Source: Planctomycetota bacterium (GTDB lineage: Bacteria > Planctomycetota > B15-G4 > SIAN01). Taken from it: 46,647 nucleotides of DNA. The notes beneath the pieces are model-generated. The model worked only from the letters and a program-made list of their open reading frames with translations. It searched no databases and was not told where the DNA came from. Made by a program: the position numbers and the translations under genes. The stretch is taken from positions 1-46,647 of the forward strand of contig DASRRB010000037.1 in the NCBI GenBank assembly GCA_035695985.1, given 5' to 3'. Of this stretch, positions 35,248-45,045 are shown piece by piece (position 1 is the first letter of the stretch; every line of letters begins with the position of its first letter).

Positions 35248-36465
35248 ATGTCCATCCTTGCCCGCGGCGTCGCCGCGCCCTTCGTCGCGGCTTTCGTCGT
35301 CGCGTTCGCCGCTCCCGCCCGCGCGCAGGAGCTCCTCGCGTCGGGATACAACAGCGACGAGGTGCACCGCTTCGACTACGCGACGGGCACCTATCTCGGC
35401 GCGCTCGGAACGTTCAACGGCGCGCACGCCGCGACGCACGGACCCGACGGGCTGCTCTACGTCTGCGCCGAAGAGGACGACAAGGTCGAACGCTACGACC
35501 CGGTCACGCTCGCGTTCGTCGACGTCTTCATCTGGGACGATCCGGGGATCCCGGGCGATCCGACCGGCGGCCTCGACGGACCGACGACGGCGGTCTTCGG
35601 ACCCGACGGCAACCTCTACGTCGCGAGCTTCAACACCGACGAGGTGCTGCGCTACGACGGCGCGACCGGCGCCTTCCTGAACGTCTTCGTCACCGCCAAC
35701 CGCGGCGGCCTCAACGGTCCCGACGCCGGCACGACCTTCGGTCCCGACGGGCACCTCTACGTCCCGAGCTACTGGAACGACAAGGTCATCCGCTACGACG
35801 GGACCACCGGCGCGAGCATGGGCGACTTCGTGTCCGCGGGCACGGGCGGCCTCACGAACCCGCGCACGCTGCGCTTCCGTTCCGACGGCGTGCTCTACGT
35901 GAGCAGCGAGGGGAGCAACGGGATCCTCCGCTTCGACCGCACCGGCGCACTCATCGACAAGTTCATCGCCGTCGCCGCGCCGACCGGCTTCGTGATCTCT
36001 CCCTACGACGGCAACGTCTACGTGGAGAGCATCTCGAAGCAGACCATCGTCGTCTTCGACGGCCTGACCGCCGCGCGCCTCTCCACCCTCGTCAAGCCCG
36101 GCGGCGGCGGCCTCGACGGCCCGGTCGCGCTCTCCTGGCGGTTCGACCCGGACCTGCGTACCTCGCGCATCACGCCCGGCGTCGCCGGCGTGGCGAACGA
36201 CCTCACGATCTCGAACGGCACGCCGAGCGGCGTCCACTTCCTGATCGTCGGCACGCTCGGCGGCTCGCTCCGCGTCGGCGGCAGCCCCGCCGCCTGGCTC
36301 GGCATCACCGACCCGCTCCTCTTCCCCGTCACCGCCGACGCCGCCGGCCTCTTCACGACGACCACGACCATCGACCCCGCGCTCGCGGGCGTCTCGCTCC
36401 TCGTCCAGAGCTTCGACCCCGCGACGCATCGCATGTCGAATCTCGTGGAGCAGACGCTGCAGTAG
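35248..36465 (+). CDS. Secreted NHL-type six-bladed beta-propeller repeat protein with C-terminal extra domain
   Basis: Signal peptide present. The unit GPDG.LYV.S...D.V.RYD..TG.F...F recurs about 6 times. A C-terminal ~110 aa lies outside the repeats. Confidence 0.8.
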   Translation: MSILARGVAAPFVAAFVVAFAAPARAQELLASGYNSDEVHRFDYATGTYLGALGTFNGAHAATHGPDGLLYVCAEEDDKVERYDPVTLAFVDVFIWDDPGIPGDPTGGLDGPTTAVFGPDGNLYVASFNTDEVLRYDGATGAFLNVFVTANRGGLNGPDAGTTFGPDGHLYVPSYWNDKVIRYDGTTGASMGDFVSAGTGGLTNPRTLRFRSDGVLYVSSEGSNGILRFDRTGALIDKFIAVAAPTGFVISPYDGNVYVESISKQTIVVFDGLTAARLSTLVKPGGGGLDGPVALSWRFDPDLRTSRITPGVAGVANDLTISNGTPSGVHFLIVGTLGGSLRVGGSPAAWLGITDPLLFPVTADAAGLFTTTTTIDPALAGVSLLVQSFDPATHRMSNLVEQTLQ

Positions 36466-36478
36466 CGCGGGAGCTGCG

Positions 36479-37939
36479 TCAGCTCGCCCGCTTCGGCATC
36501 TCCGCCGCGCGCCGGAAGAACTCTGCGAACGAGGCGATCCCGCCGCCCGCCTGCTGCCAGTCGAAGTTCTCGTTCGGGGCGTGGTAGCCGTGCTCCGGCA
36601 GGGAGAGGCCGAGGAACATGATCGGGCACTCGAGCGCCTTCTCCATCGTGAGGACGGCGCCGATCGAGCCGCCCTCGCGCACGAAGACCGGCCGCTTCCC
36701 GAAGCCGAACTCGACGCAGTCGCCGGTGAGCTCGGCCCACGGCCCCTCGGTCACGCCCTTGTAGGGGGCGAGCGCGCCGAGCGGCACGACCTCGACGTCG
36801 GAGTTGAGCTTCTTCACGTGCTTGGTGATCTGGCGCATCACCTTGGCGGGGTCCTGGTCGGGGACGAGGCGGACGCTGCACTTCACCTCGCCGCGCGGCG
36901 GGACGATCGTCTTGATCCCGGGGCCGGTGTAGCCGCCGGTCATGCCGTGGATCTCGAAGGTCGGCCGCGCCCAGATGCGCTTCATCACGTCCATCGCCTT
37001 CGTCACCCGGATGCTCTTGAAGGCGTGGTCCTCTATGAACTTCGCGACGGAGAAGCCGCAGCGCTTGAAGCTCTTCTTCTCCTCCTTAGTCAGCTTGGCG
37101 ACGTGGTCGTAGAAGCCGGGGACCTTCACCTCGCCGGTCTTGCCGTCGACGCACTTGGAGACGACCTGCATCAGCTCGGCGAAGGGGTTGCGCGCGGCGC
37201 CGCCCGACGTGCCAGAGTGCTGGTCGGTGGCGCCCGTCTCGAGCTTCAAGAGGAAGCCCTGCAGCCCGCGCAGGCCGGCCGCGCAGGCGGGCCGCTCGCG
37301 CGAGACCCAGACGGTGTCGGAGACGACGACGATGTCGCTCGCGAGCGACGCCTTGTCCGCCTCGACCGCCGCCGCGAACGACGGGCTGCCGATCTCCTCC
37401 TCGAGCTCCCAGAGGAACTGGACGTTCACGCGCGCGCCGTGGTCGAGGGCGTAGCGCGCGCCGAACAGCGCCGCGAGCGCCGGCCCCTTGTCGTCGGTGG
37501 TGCCGCGCCCGAGGTAGCGCTCGCCGTCCTGCGTGAAGACGAACGGGTCGGTCTTCCACTCGGAGGGCTCGCCGCCCGGCTGGACGTCCATGTGGTTGTA
37601 GACGGTGACGGTCGGCGCCGCAGGGTCGACGACGCGCTTGCCGACGACGATCGGCTGGCCGGCGGTCGTGAGCAGGCGCGCCTCGAACCCGAAGTCGCGC
37701 AGCGTCGTCGCGGCGAGCTCCGCCATGCGCGGCATCTCGTCCTTCAAGGTCGGATCGACGCTCACGCTCTTCGTCTCGACGAACTTCTTCAGCAGCTCCT
37801 CGTAACGGGCGCGCTGGGCCGCCGCGAACTGCGTGAGCTCGTCGCGCGAGTAGGAGGGCGTCGCGGGCGCGATCGGCGGCGCCTGCGTGCGCGACGACTT
37901 GGGACCCCGGGACTTCGACGACTTCGAACGCTTCTTCAT
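36479..37939 (-). CDS. M20 family metallo-dipeptidase
   Basis: Motifs present: YNHMDVQP, GRGTTDDKG, ELEEEIGS, HAPNE. The N-terminal ~30 aa is a Lys/Ser-rich tail (MKKRSKSSKSRGPKSS). Confidence 0.9.
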   Translation of the reverse strand: MKKRSKSSKSRGPKSSRTQAPPIAPATPSYSRDELTQFAAAQRARYEELLKKFVETKSVSVDPTLKDEMPRMAELAATTLRDFGFEARLLTTAGQPIVVGKRVVDPAAPTVTVYNHMDVQPGGEPSEWKTDPFVFTQDGERYLGRGTTDDKGPALAALFGARYALDHGARVNVQFLWELEEEIGSPSFAAAVEADKASLASDIVVVSDTVWVSRERPACAAGLRGLQGFLLKLETGATDQHSGTSGGAARNPFAELMQVVSKCVDGKTGEVKVPGFYDHVAKLTKEEKKSFKRCGFSVAKFIEDHAFKSIRVTKAMDVMKRIWARPTFEIHGMTGGYTGPGIKTIVPPRGEVKCSVRLVPDQDPAKVMRQITKHVKKLNSDVEVVPLGALAPYKGVTEGPWAELTGDCVEFGFGKRPVFVREGGSIGAVLTMEKALECPIMFLGLSLPEHGYHAPNENFDWQQAGGGIASFAEFFRRAAEMPKRAS

Positions 37940-38044
37940 CGGAGGAACTCCGCGCGCACGGGGACGGGAAACGGGAGGGCCGGGCACGTTAGCAACCGTG
38001 AAAACGGCGCGTGTGAAGAGTGGCGCCGCGTACGCTGGCGCGCC

Positions 38045-39616
38045 ATGCCCCGGGCGAACCGACCGACGCTCTGCGCCGCCCTCGCCGCGCTCCTGCTGTT
38101 CGCGGCGCTCGCGGCGTTCGGCGTCGCGTTCCATCCGGTCGAGGAGACCGGCAGCGCCGAGCGCGACGGCTTCGTCGCGCAGGCGGAGCGCGTGCTCCGC
38201 GGCGAGCTCCCCGACGACCCGTTCCGTCCTCCGGCGTACCCGTGCGTCATTGCGGCGGTGAGCCGGCTCGTCGTCGGCGGCGGGCGGGAGGCGCCGTTCG
38301 TCGCGGCGCGGCTGCTCTCGAACCTCGCGGCGGCGGCGCTCGCGTGGATCGCGTTCGTGTTCGGGCGTCGCCTCGCCGGCGGAGCGAATGGCACGTTCGC
38401 CGCCCCGGTGAACGGCACGCTCGCCGGCGCGCTCGCCTTCGCGCTGGTCGCCGCCAACTCCGCGACCTGGATCGACGGCGAGCACGTGACGACCGACATG
38501 CCGTTCGCGGCGCTCGCGGCGGCGGCGCTGCTCGCGTCCTACGCGTATCTCGAGCGGCCGGGGCTCGCCGCCGCGCTCGGTGCCGGGCTCGCGTTCGGAG
38601 GGGCGGCGTGCATCCGCGGCAACGCGCTCTTGCTGCTGCCGGGGCTGCTCGCAGCGTGGTGGCTCGGGCGGCGCCGGGCGCCGGGCGCGCGCCGCGTCGG
38701 CGAGCTCACGCTCGCGGCCGCGTGCGCGACGGCGCTGCTCGTCCCGAACTGGATCCTGCGCGCCCACGTCTTCGGCGACCCGTTCCACGACGAGAACTGG
38801 AAGAACCTCGCGTTCAAGCTGCACGGCTGGCCCGACTGGACGCGCTTCCCGTCGAGCTCGGAGCGCGGGAGCTTCCTGCAGATCCTCGCGAGCGAGCCGG
38901 TGGCCGTCGCGCGCGGCATGGGGGAAGAGCTGCTGCGGCTCGCGCGGAGCGGGATCTCGGATCTGCTCGGCAGCCGCATGCACGCGTTGGCGGCGCTCGC
39001 CGGAGCGTGGCTCTGCATGCGGAGACGCGTGCGCGGGACGGGCTGGCTGCTCGCGAGCCTCGCGCTCTTCACGGCGGGCGTCGCGACGGCGTTCTTCGCG
39101 TGGGGGCGGTTCCTGGTGGTGGCGCTGCCGGTCGTCGCGGCGACGACCGCCGTCGGCGCCCTTTCGGCCGCGAAGTCGGCGCGCACGCGCTGCGTGGCGA
39201 TCGGCGCCGTGATCGCCCTGATCGGCTGGCTCGGCGCGAAGGCGGTGATCTGGCGGCTGCCCTGGTTCGTCGCGAACCATCCCTCGGCGGAGGTCGCGGC
39301 GCTGCGGCGGCTCGACGCCGAACTCGCACCGGGCGCGGCGCTCGCCGGCACGTCGCCCTTCCTCGGCCGCTACCTCGTCCACGACTACTTCGAGATCGAA
39401 GACGCCTCCGGCGCTCCCGCGCTCGACGCCGAGGCCTACGCGAGGCGGCTGGTCGCGACGCTCCGCGAGCGGCGCGCGGCGTGGCTCGTGGTCGGCGCAC
39501 AGGCGCTGCTCGACCGGCCGCGCGCGCTGCTCGGGACCGGGCCCCCGCCCGCCGGCCTCGAGCTCGTCGAGACCAACGCCGCGTTCACGACGTGGCGCGT
39601 GCTGCCCGGTCCGTGA
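38045..39616 (+). CDS. GT-C fold glycosyltransferase (ArnT/PMT family 39-like)
   Basis: ATG 38045. The first loop carries ERDGF...LPDDPFRPPAYP. There are about 11 hydrophobic segments, then a soluble C-terminal domain. Confidence 0.8.
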   Translation: MPRANRPTLCAALAALLLFAALAAFGVAFHPVEETGSAERDGFVAQAERVLRGELPDDPFRPPAYPCVIAAVSRLVVGGGREAPFVAARLLSNLAAAALAWIAFVFGRRLAGGANGTFAAPVNGTLAGALAFALVAANSATWIDGEHVTTDMPFAALAAAALLASYAYLERPGLAAALGAGLAFGGAACIRGNALLLLPGLLAAWWLGRRRAPGARRVGELTLAAACATALLVPNWILRAHVFGDPFHDENWKNLAFKLHGWPDWTRFPSSSERGSFLQILASEPVAVARGMGEELLRLARSGISDLLGSRMHALAALAGAWLCMRRRVRGTGWLLASLALFTAGVATAFFAWGRFLVVALPVVAATTAVGALSAAKSARTRCVAIGAVIALIGWLGAKAVIWRLPWFVANHPSAEVAALRRLDAELAPGAALAGTSPFLGRYLVHDYFEIEDASGAPALDAEAYARRLVATLRERRAAWLVVGAQALLDRPRALLGTGPPPAGLELVETNAAFTTWRVLPGP

Positions 39617-39634
39617 CTCCGCGCGCGCGGCGCG

Positions 39635-42600
39635 TCACTTCACGCGGAAGCCTTGGACGGCCGAGGTCACCGCGCCGAAGTCGTTGCGCGCAGTGACGCG
39701 CCAGCGGTAGTGCTGGCCCGAGACGAGCGGCGGCGTGACCTGGAGGCTCGCCGTCTTGTTCGCGGCCGAGCCGCCGCGGAAGACCTGGCCCAGGAAGACC
39801 GGCGTCTCGAAGGTCGCGTCGGTCGCGACCTCGACGAGCCAGCTCATGGCGCCCGGCCCGGCCGTCCACGTGAGCGTCGGCGTCGTCGTGTCGACCTGCG
39901 CCTTCGCGGCGGGGCTGAGCAGCGTGAAGGGCTTGGGACCGCCCGGCAGGTTCGCGAAGACGTGCGTCGCGAGGAAGTCGCGCAGCACCTCGTGGCGCGG
40001 GAGCGACGGGTCGTTCACGCAGTAGAACTGCGCGTACTCGCCGCCCTTGGTGTTGCGGAGCACCAGCGCGTCGCTGACCGGCGGGTTCGAGCCGTCGCTC
40101 GCGTAGAGCTTCGCGACCGACCAGCCGGGACCGAGCTTCGAGACCTCGAGCGCGCAGCTCGAGTCGAACGGCGCGAGCGCGGGGAGGGCGCCGCCGTCGG
40201 GGCGCACGTCCATGTGGCCGCCGCCGGCGACGAGCTGCGGCGCGCCGGGGTTCAGCAGATCGTCGAGGGCCCACGGACCGGCGCCGTGCGTGAACTCGTC
40301 GCCGCCGAGCGAGAGGTAGGAGGCGAAGGGGTTCTGGCCGGTCCAGAGGAGCGAGTTGCCGTTGTTGAGCCACTGCTCCGCGAGCGAGCCGCCGTCCTGC
40401 CCCTTGTAGACCACGCCCGCGCCTTCATCGAGGCAGACGAGCCAGTCGCGCTGCGAGTCGCGCAGGTAGGCGTTCATCCACGCCTGCAGCGCCGGCAGGT
40501 CGGCCGCGCCGAAGACCTGCGCCTCGAAGCCGCCGGCGTGGAGGTCGTCGGCGAGCTGCGTCGCGAGGCTCCAGCGCTCGTCGACCGAGAGGTCGTGCGG
40601 CGCGACGAGCGGCGCGAAGATCGCGACCGCGGGCGCGAGCGGACGCACGTAGATCGGCGTCGTCACCGTCTCCACCGTGCTGCCGTCGTCTGCGGAGAGG
40701 CGCAGCGAATAGTCCCCGGGCGCCGCGTAGAGGTGGGTCGGAGAGAAGTCCTGCAGGTGCGAGCCGCGGAAGCGGTCGACGGCGCCGTCGCCCCAGTCGA
40801 AGGCGAGGTCGGCGTCGCCGAGGCCCGCGTAATGGACGTGGCCGGTCGCCGTGATCGGCGTGCCGAGCCGCGGCGCGGCGCTGGTGAGGCTCGCGAGGTG
40901 GGGCTGCGCCACGGCCGTCGAGTCGTAGAGGTCGAGCGCCTGCGTCGCCTGCAGCCCGCGGCTGTCGGTCACGACCAGCACGACGTGCAGGTAGACGCCC
41001 TCGCCGTGGATCGGCGGCGTGTAGGTCGCGTGGTGGCCGTGCAGGACGGCCCAGCTCGGGTGGGTGTGGTGGTCGTGGACCAGGTTCACGATCCACTGCA
41101 CGTCGAGCGCGGTGCCGGACGGGTCGTCCTCCGTGTCGGAGACGGTCGCGTCGAAGGTGATCTGCGTCTGGCCCGGGACGAAGAAGGCGCCGTTCGCCGG
41201 TGAGTTGATCGCGTCGATCGACGGCGGCGTGTCGCCCGGCGCGAGGAGCTGCGTGAACTTCGAGCTCTCGCCCTGCGGGTCGGTCGCGGTGAGCGTCACC
41301 GTGTAGTTCTGCGCGTTCAGATAGGACTTGGAGAAGCTCGGCAGCGTCGAGTGGGTGCCGTCGCCGAGGTTCCAGTCGAAGGTGAGCGTGTTGCCTTCCG
41401 GATCGAAGGAGCCGCTGCAGTCGAACTGCGCGGTGAAGGGCAGCGACCCGAAGGTCGGGGAGACCGTCGCGACGATGACCGGCGGGTGGTTCGTCTTGGT
41501 GTAGCGGAGGTGCCGCACCTGCCCGGCCCACAGCGCGATGTAGTAGATGTCGCCGTTCACCGGATCGGGCACGAGGTCGACGGGATTGTCGGCCGTGCCG
41601 AGGAAGAGCTCGCTCTGCGACGGCAAGTCGTTGGAGAAGGGGACCGAGCGGATCCAGTTGTTGGCGTAGTCGGCGTAGAAGAGCCGGTTCTTGTACTTCG
41701 AGGGGTAGTCGGTCCCGGTGTAGATGCACACGCCCGCCGACGCGCTGCCGATGTAGCCGATGTTCTTCGGGTCGGTGTGGTGCCAGTTGAGCAGCGGCTT
41801 GGTGAAGAGCGACGCGTCGTGGCATTGGCCGAAGGGGTTGTTGTTGTAGTACTGCTTGCAGATCGCGCCGCCTTCCCAGCACGGCCAGCCGAAATTGAGC
41901 CCCTTGGTCGCGCGGTTGATCTCCTCCCACGTGCCCCAGCCGACGTCGCCGGTGTAGATGCGCTCGGGCGAGCCGGAGCCGGGGTCGAGGCAGAAGCGGA
42001 AGGGGTTGCGCAGGCCCAGCACCCAGACGCGCGAGGCGTTGTCCGCCGCGTTGCCCGTCCAGAACGGGTTGTCGGGCAGCCCGAGCCCGGTGGCCGGATC
42101 GATGCGCAGGATCTTGCCGGCGAGCGACGTGAGCGACTGCGAGCGGAAGGCGCCGATGTCCTCGCTCGCGTCGAACTTGCCCGAGCCGAAGCCGAGGGGG
42201 TCGTAGCCGCCGAAGTCGGTCACGTCGAAGTGGGCGCCGTCGCCGGTCGAGACGAAGAGGCTCCCGTCCGCCGCGAAGCGCAGGTCGCCCGCCGTGTGCG
42301 AGAAGTGCAGCGCCGGCGTCCCCTCGCGCCAGGTCGCGCCGATCAGGATCGTGCGCGACGCCGGGTCGGCGAGCAGGTCGCCGTTCACGTCGATCGAGGT
42401 CGTGTAGCGCGTGAGGCGGCCGAACGTCTCCTGCTCGGAGTCGTCGCCGTCTTCGTTGGGGTCGACGACGTAGTAGAGGTAGATGAAGCCGTTGATCGAC
42501 CACTGCGGGTCGACGGCGACGCTCAGCAGGCCGCGGTCGCCGTTGTTGATGATCTCCTGCTGCAGATCGATGACGGGCTTGGAGTGACGGAAGCCGCGGC

Positions 42601-42802
42601 GCACGTCCCACAGCACGCCCGCCTTCTCCGCGACGAGCAGGTCGTCGGTGCCGGCGAAGCAGACGCAGGTCGGCAGGTTCCAGCTCCCGCCGACCGGCTC
42701 CGCCACGAAGTCGGGCGGGAGGTTCTGCGCGGGGGCGCGGGCCGCAGCGAGCGCGGAAACGACGAGAGACGCGGCGCTCGCGAGCCGTGCAAGTGGTTTC
42801 AC
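39635..42802 (-). CDS. Secreted PQQ-dependent sugar dehydrogenase-like beta-propeller fused to PKD/Ig-like domains, an unassigned ~230-aa module and an Fn3-like domain
   Basis: GTG 42802 with AGGGGA upstream. Signal peptide present. Motifs present: HFSHTAGDLRFAADGSLFVSTGDGA, LGLRNPFRF. PKD-like FDCSGSFDPEGNTLTFDWNLGDG. The C-terminal domain is Fn3-like. Confidence 0.85.
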   Translation of the reverse strand: MKPLARLASAASLVVSALAAARAPAQNLPPDFVAEPVGGSWNLPTCVCFAGTDDLLVAEKAGVLWDVRRGFRHSKPVIDLQQEIINNGDRGLLSVAVDPQWSINGFIYLYYVVDPNEDGDDSEQETFGRLTRYTTSIDVNGDLLADPASRTILIGATWREGTPALHFSHTAGDLRFAADGSLFVSTGDGAHFDVTDFGGYDPLGFGSGKFDASEDIGAFRSQSLTSLAGKILRIDPATGLGLPDNPFWTGNAADNASRVWVLGLRNPFRFCLDPGSGSPERIYTGDVGWGTWEEINRATKGLNFGWPCWEGGAICKQYYNNNPFGQCHDASLFTKPLLNWHHTDPKNIGYIGSASAGVCIYTGTDYPSKYKNRLFYADYANNWIRSVPFSNDLPSQSELFLGTADNPVDLVPDPVNGDIYYIALWAGQVRHLRYTKTNHPPVIVATVSPTFGSLPFTAQFDCSGSFDPEGNTLTFDWNLGDGTHSTLPSFSKSYLNAQNYTVTLTATDPQGESSKFTQLLAPGDTPPSIDAINSPANGAFFVPGQTQITFDATVSDTEDDPSGTALDVQWIVNLVHDHHTHPSWAVLHGHHATYTPPIHGEGVYLHVVLVVTDSRGLQATQALDLYDSTAVAQPHLASLTSAAPRLGTPITATGHVHYAGLGDADLAFDWGDGAVDRFRGSHLQDFSPTHLYAAPGDYSLRLSADDGSTVETVTTPIYVRPLAPAVAIFAPLVAPHDLSVDERWSLATQLADDLHAGGFEAQVFGAADLPALQAWMNAYLRDSQRDWLVCLDEGAGVVYKGQDGGSLAEQWLNNGNSLLWTGQNPFASYLSLGGDEFTHGAGPWALDDLLNPGAPQLVAGGGHMDVRPDGGALPALAPFDSSCALEVSKLGPGWSVAKLYASDGSNPPVSDALVLRNTKGGEYAQFYCVNDPSLPRHEVLRDFLATHVFANLPGGPKPFTLLSPAAKAQVDTTTPTLTWTAGPGAMSWLVEVATDATFETPVFLGQVFRGGSAANKTASLQVTPPLVSGQHYRWRVTARNDFGAVTSAVQGFRVK

Positions 42803-43094
42803 GGACGGATCCCCTGGACTTCGGGACGGCTGCCGGGCAGGCGCGGCGCGGAGGTTATCCGCCCGGCCGAGAACGTGGGAGAAGTCGCGGCGTCGGCGCC
42901 TGGCGGGGGCCGGCGTCGGGCGTTCGAAATAGCGCGTCCCCGGGCGCCGCCGTCTACCACGACCTCGAGCCGCGTCAATCCGCGGGCGTCCGCGCCGGTG
43001 CCGCAAGTCGTTCCGCTCGGCGCGCGCGCGCCCGGTGGCGGCCCGCCGCACCCGCGACGGGGGCCGCACCCGAGGGCGCTAGAGTCCCGCCGCC

Positions 43095-44768
43095 ATGACG
43101 GACCGAACGTTCTACGTGACGACGCCGATCTACTACGTCAACGACCGGCCCCACATCGGCCACTGCTTCACGACCATCGTCGCGGACGTGATGGCGCGTT
43201 TCGAGCGGCTGCTGCGCGGGCTCCCGACGCCGGCCGGGCCCGACCCGAAAGCGGCCCCGCGCGGCGTCTTCTTCCTCACCGGCACCGACGAGCACGCCGA
43301 CAAGGTCGTCACGTCGGCGAGCCAGCACGGCGTCACTCCGCAGGCGTGGGCCGACCGCAACGCCGCCGCCTTCGAGCGCGCCTTCGCGCAGATGGAGTGC
43401 ACGCACGACGACTTCATCCGCACCACCGAGGCGCGCCACAAGGAGCGCGTCCCGAAGTACATCGAGAAGATGGTCGCGCACGGCGACGTCTACCGCGGCG
43501 AATACACCGGCTGGTACGACGAGTCGCAGGAGGAGTACGTCACCGAGACGGCCGCCAAGGACGCCGGCTTCAAGAGCACGATCAACGGCAAGCCGCTCGT
43601 GAAGCGGACCGAGCCCTGCTACTTCTTCCGCCTCTCGAAATACCAGGAGCCGCTCGCGCGGCACGTCGACGCCCACCCGGAGTTCATCCTGCCCGACGCG
43701 CGGCGCGCCGAGGTGCTCGGGCGCATCAAGCAGGGGCTGAACGACGTCCCGATCAGCCGGCCGATCACGAACGACCCCGCGACGCAGTGGGGCATCCGGA
43801 TGCCGGGCGACGACAAGCACCGGATCTACGTCTGGATCGACGCGCTCTTCAACTACCTGACGGCGGTCGACACCGACGCGCGGCGAGGCTTCTGGCCGGC
43901 GACCGTGCACGCGATGGGCAAGGACATCCTCTGGTTCCACGCGGTGATCTGGCCGGCGCTCCTGCTCGCGGCGGGGGAGGAACTGCCGCGCACGATCTAC
44001 GCGCACGGCTGGTGGCTCGCCGAGGGGCGGAAGATGTCGAAGACGCTCGGCAACTTCATCGACCTCGAGCAGCTCGAGGCGTACGCCGGCCGCTACTCGC
44101 TCGACGCGCTGCGCTGGTACCTCGTGACGCAGGGGCCGCTCGGCAACAACGACGCCGACTTCGCCCACGCGAAGTTCGTCGAGGTCTTCAACGCCGACCT
44201 CGCCAACGGCATCGGCAACTCGACCAGCCGCGTGGGGAACATGGTCGGCAAGTACTTCGACGGGAAGCTGCCGCTCGCCGCGGCCGACGCGGAGAAACAC
44301 GCCCCGAAGCACGCCGGCTGGGACTGGAAGGCGATCGTCGCCGACGCGGCGGCGCGCGCGACCGGGGCGGCGCGCGGGCTCGACCTCGCGGCCGCGCTGA
44401 ACGCCGGCACCGAGCTCGTGCGCAAGGTCGACGGCTACATCAACGTGACCGAGCCGTTCAAGCTCGCGAAGGTCGTCGTCGTCGATCCGGCGCGCAAGGG
44501 CGAGCTCGCCGGGATCCTCACCCACTGCGCCGAGGCGCTGCGCGTCGCCGCGCTGCTGCTCACGCCGGCGATGCCGAAGAAGATGGCGCAGGTGCTCGCC
44601 GACTGGTCGAGCGTGCCACCGGCCGGCGTGCCGCTCGCTGAACTCGTCCGCCTCGACGGCCCGCATTCGCTGAAGGCGGGGACGCCGATCACGAAAGGCG
44701 CGATCCTCTTCCAGCGCGCCGACCCGGCGGAGCCGCCGCCGAAGGCGGGCACGGTGGCGACGACGTAG
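43095..44768 (+). CDS. metG: Methionine--tRNA ligase
   Basis: Motifs present: TTPIYYVNDRPHIGH (HIGH motif), KMSKTLGN (KMSKS motif). Confidence 0.95.
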   Translation: MTDRTFYVTTPIYYVNDRPHIGHCFTTIVADVMARFERLLRGLPTPAGPDPKAAPRGVFFLTGTDEHADKVVTSASQHGVTPQAWADRNAAAFERAFAQMECTHDDFIRTTEARHKERVPKYIEKMVAHGDVYRGEYTGWYDESQEEYVTETAAKDAGFKSTINGKPLVKRTEPCYFFRLSKYQEPLARHVDAHPEFILPDARRAEVLGRIKQGLNDVPISRPITNDPATQWGIRMPGDDKHRIYVWIDALFNYLTAVDTDARRGFWPATVHAMGKDILWFHAVIWPALLLAAGEELPRTIYAHGWWLAEGRKMSKTLGNFIDLEQLEAYAGRYSLDALRWYLVTQGPLGNNDADFAHAKFVEVFNADLANGIGNSTSRVGNMVGKYFDGKLPLAAADAEKHAPKHAGWDWKAIVADAAARATGAARGLDLAAALNAGTELVRKVDGYINVTEPFKLAKVVVVDPARKGELAGILTHCAEALRVAALLLTPAMPKKMAQVLADWSSVPPAGVPLAELVRLDGPHSLKAGTPITKGAILFQRADPAEPPPKAGTVATT

Positions 44769-45045
44769 CGGCCGCCCCGGGCGAGTCGCCCCATATATGA
44801 GGTAGGAGTCCGGAAGCGAGGCGCGGCGAGTTACGGCTCCGTAGCAACTGCGTCGACGCCGAAACGCGCTGCGCCCGGGGGAGCGAACGCGGCCGATGGT
44901 TTGCCGGCGGCGGCGCCCCCGCCCGAACCCGCATCGCGCCACGTCGTTCGGGGGACCGCCGCGAAAACGGCCCGCACCGACGCATTCCAGTCCCTCGCCC
45001 GGCCGGGGAATGCGACGTACGGCCGGAGAATCCAGGAGATCCGGG

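Noticed and set aside
42915-42935. tRNA T-loop-like GTTCGAA (42922-42928) in the metG upstream gap.
   Set aside because: The flanking bases cannot form the 5-bp T-stem, and no acceptor or anticodon arms are evident.
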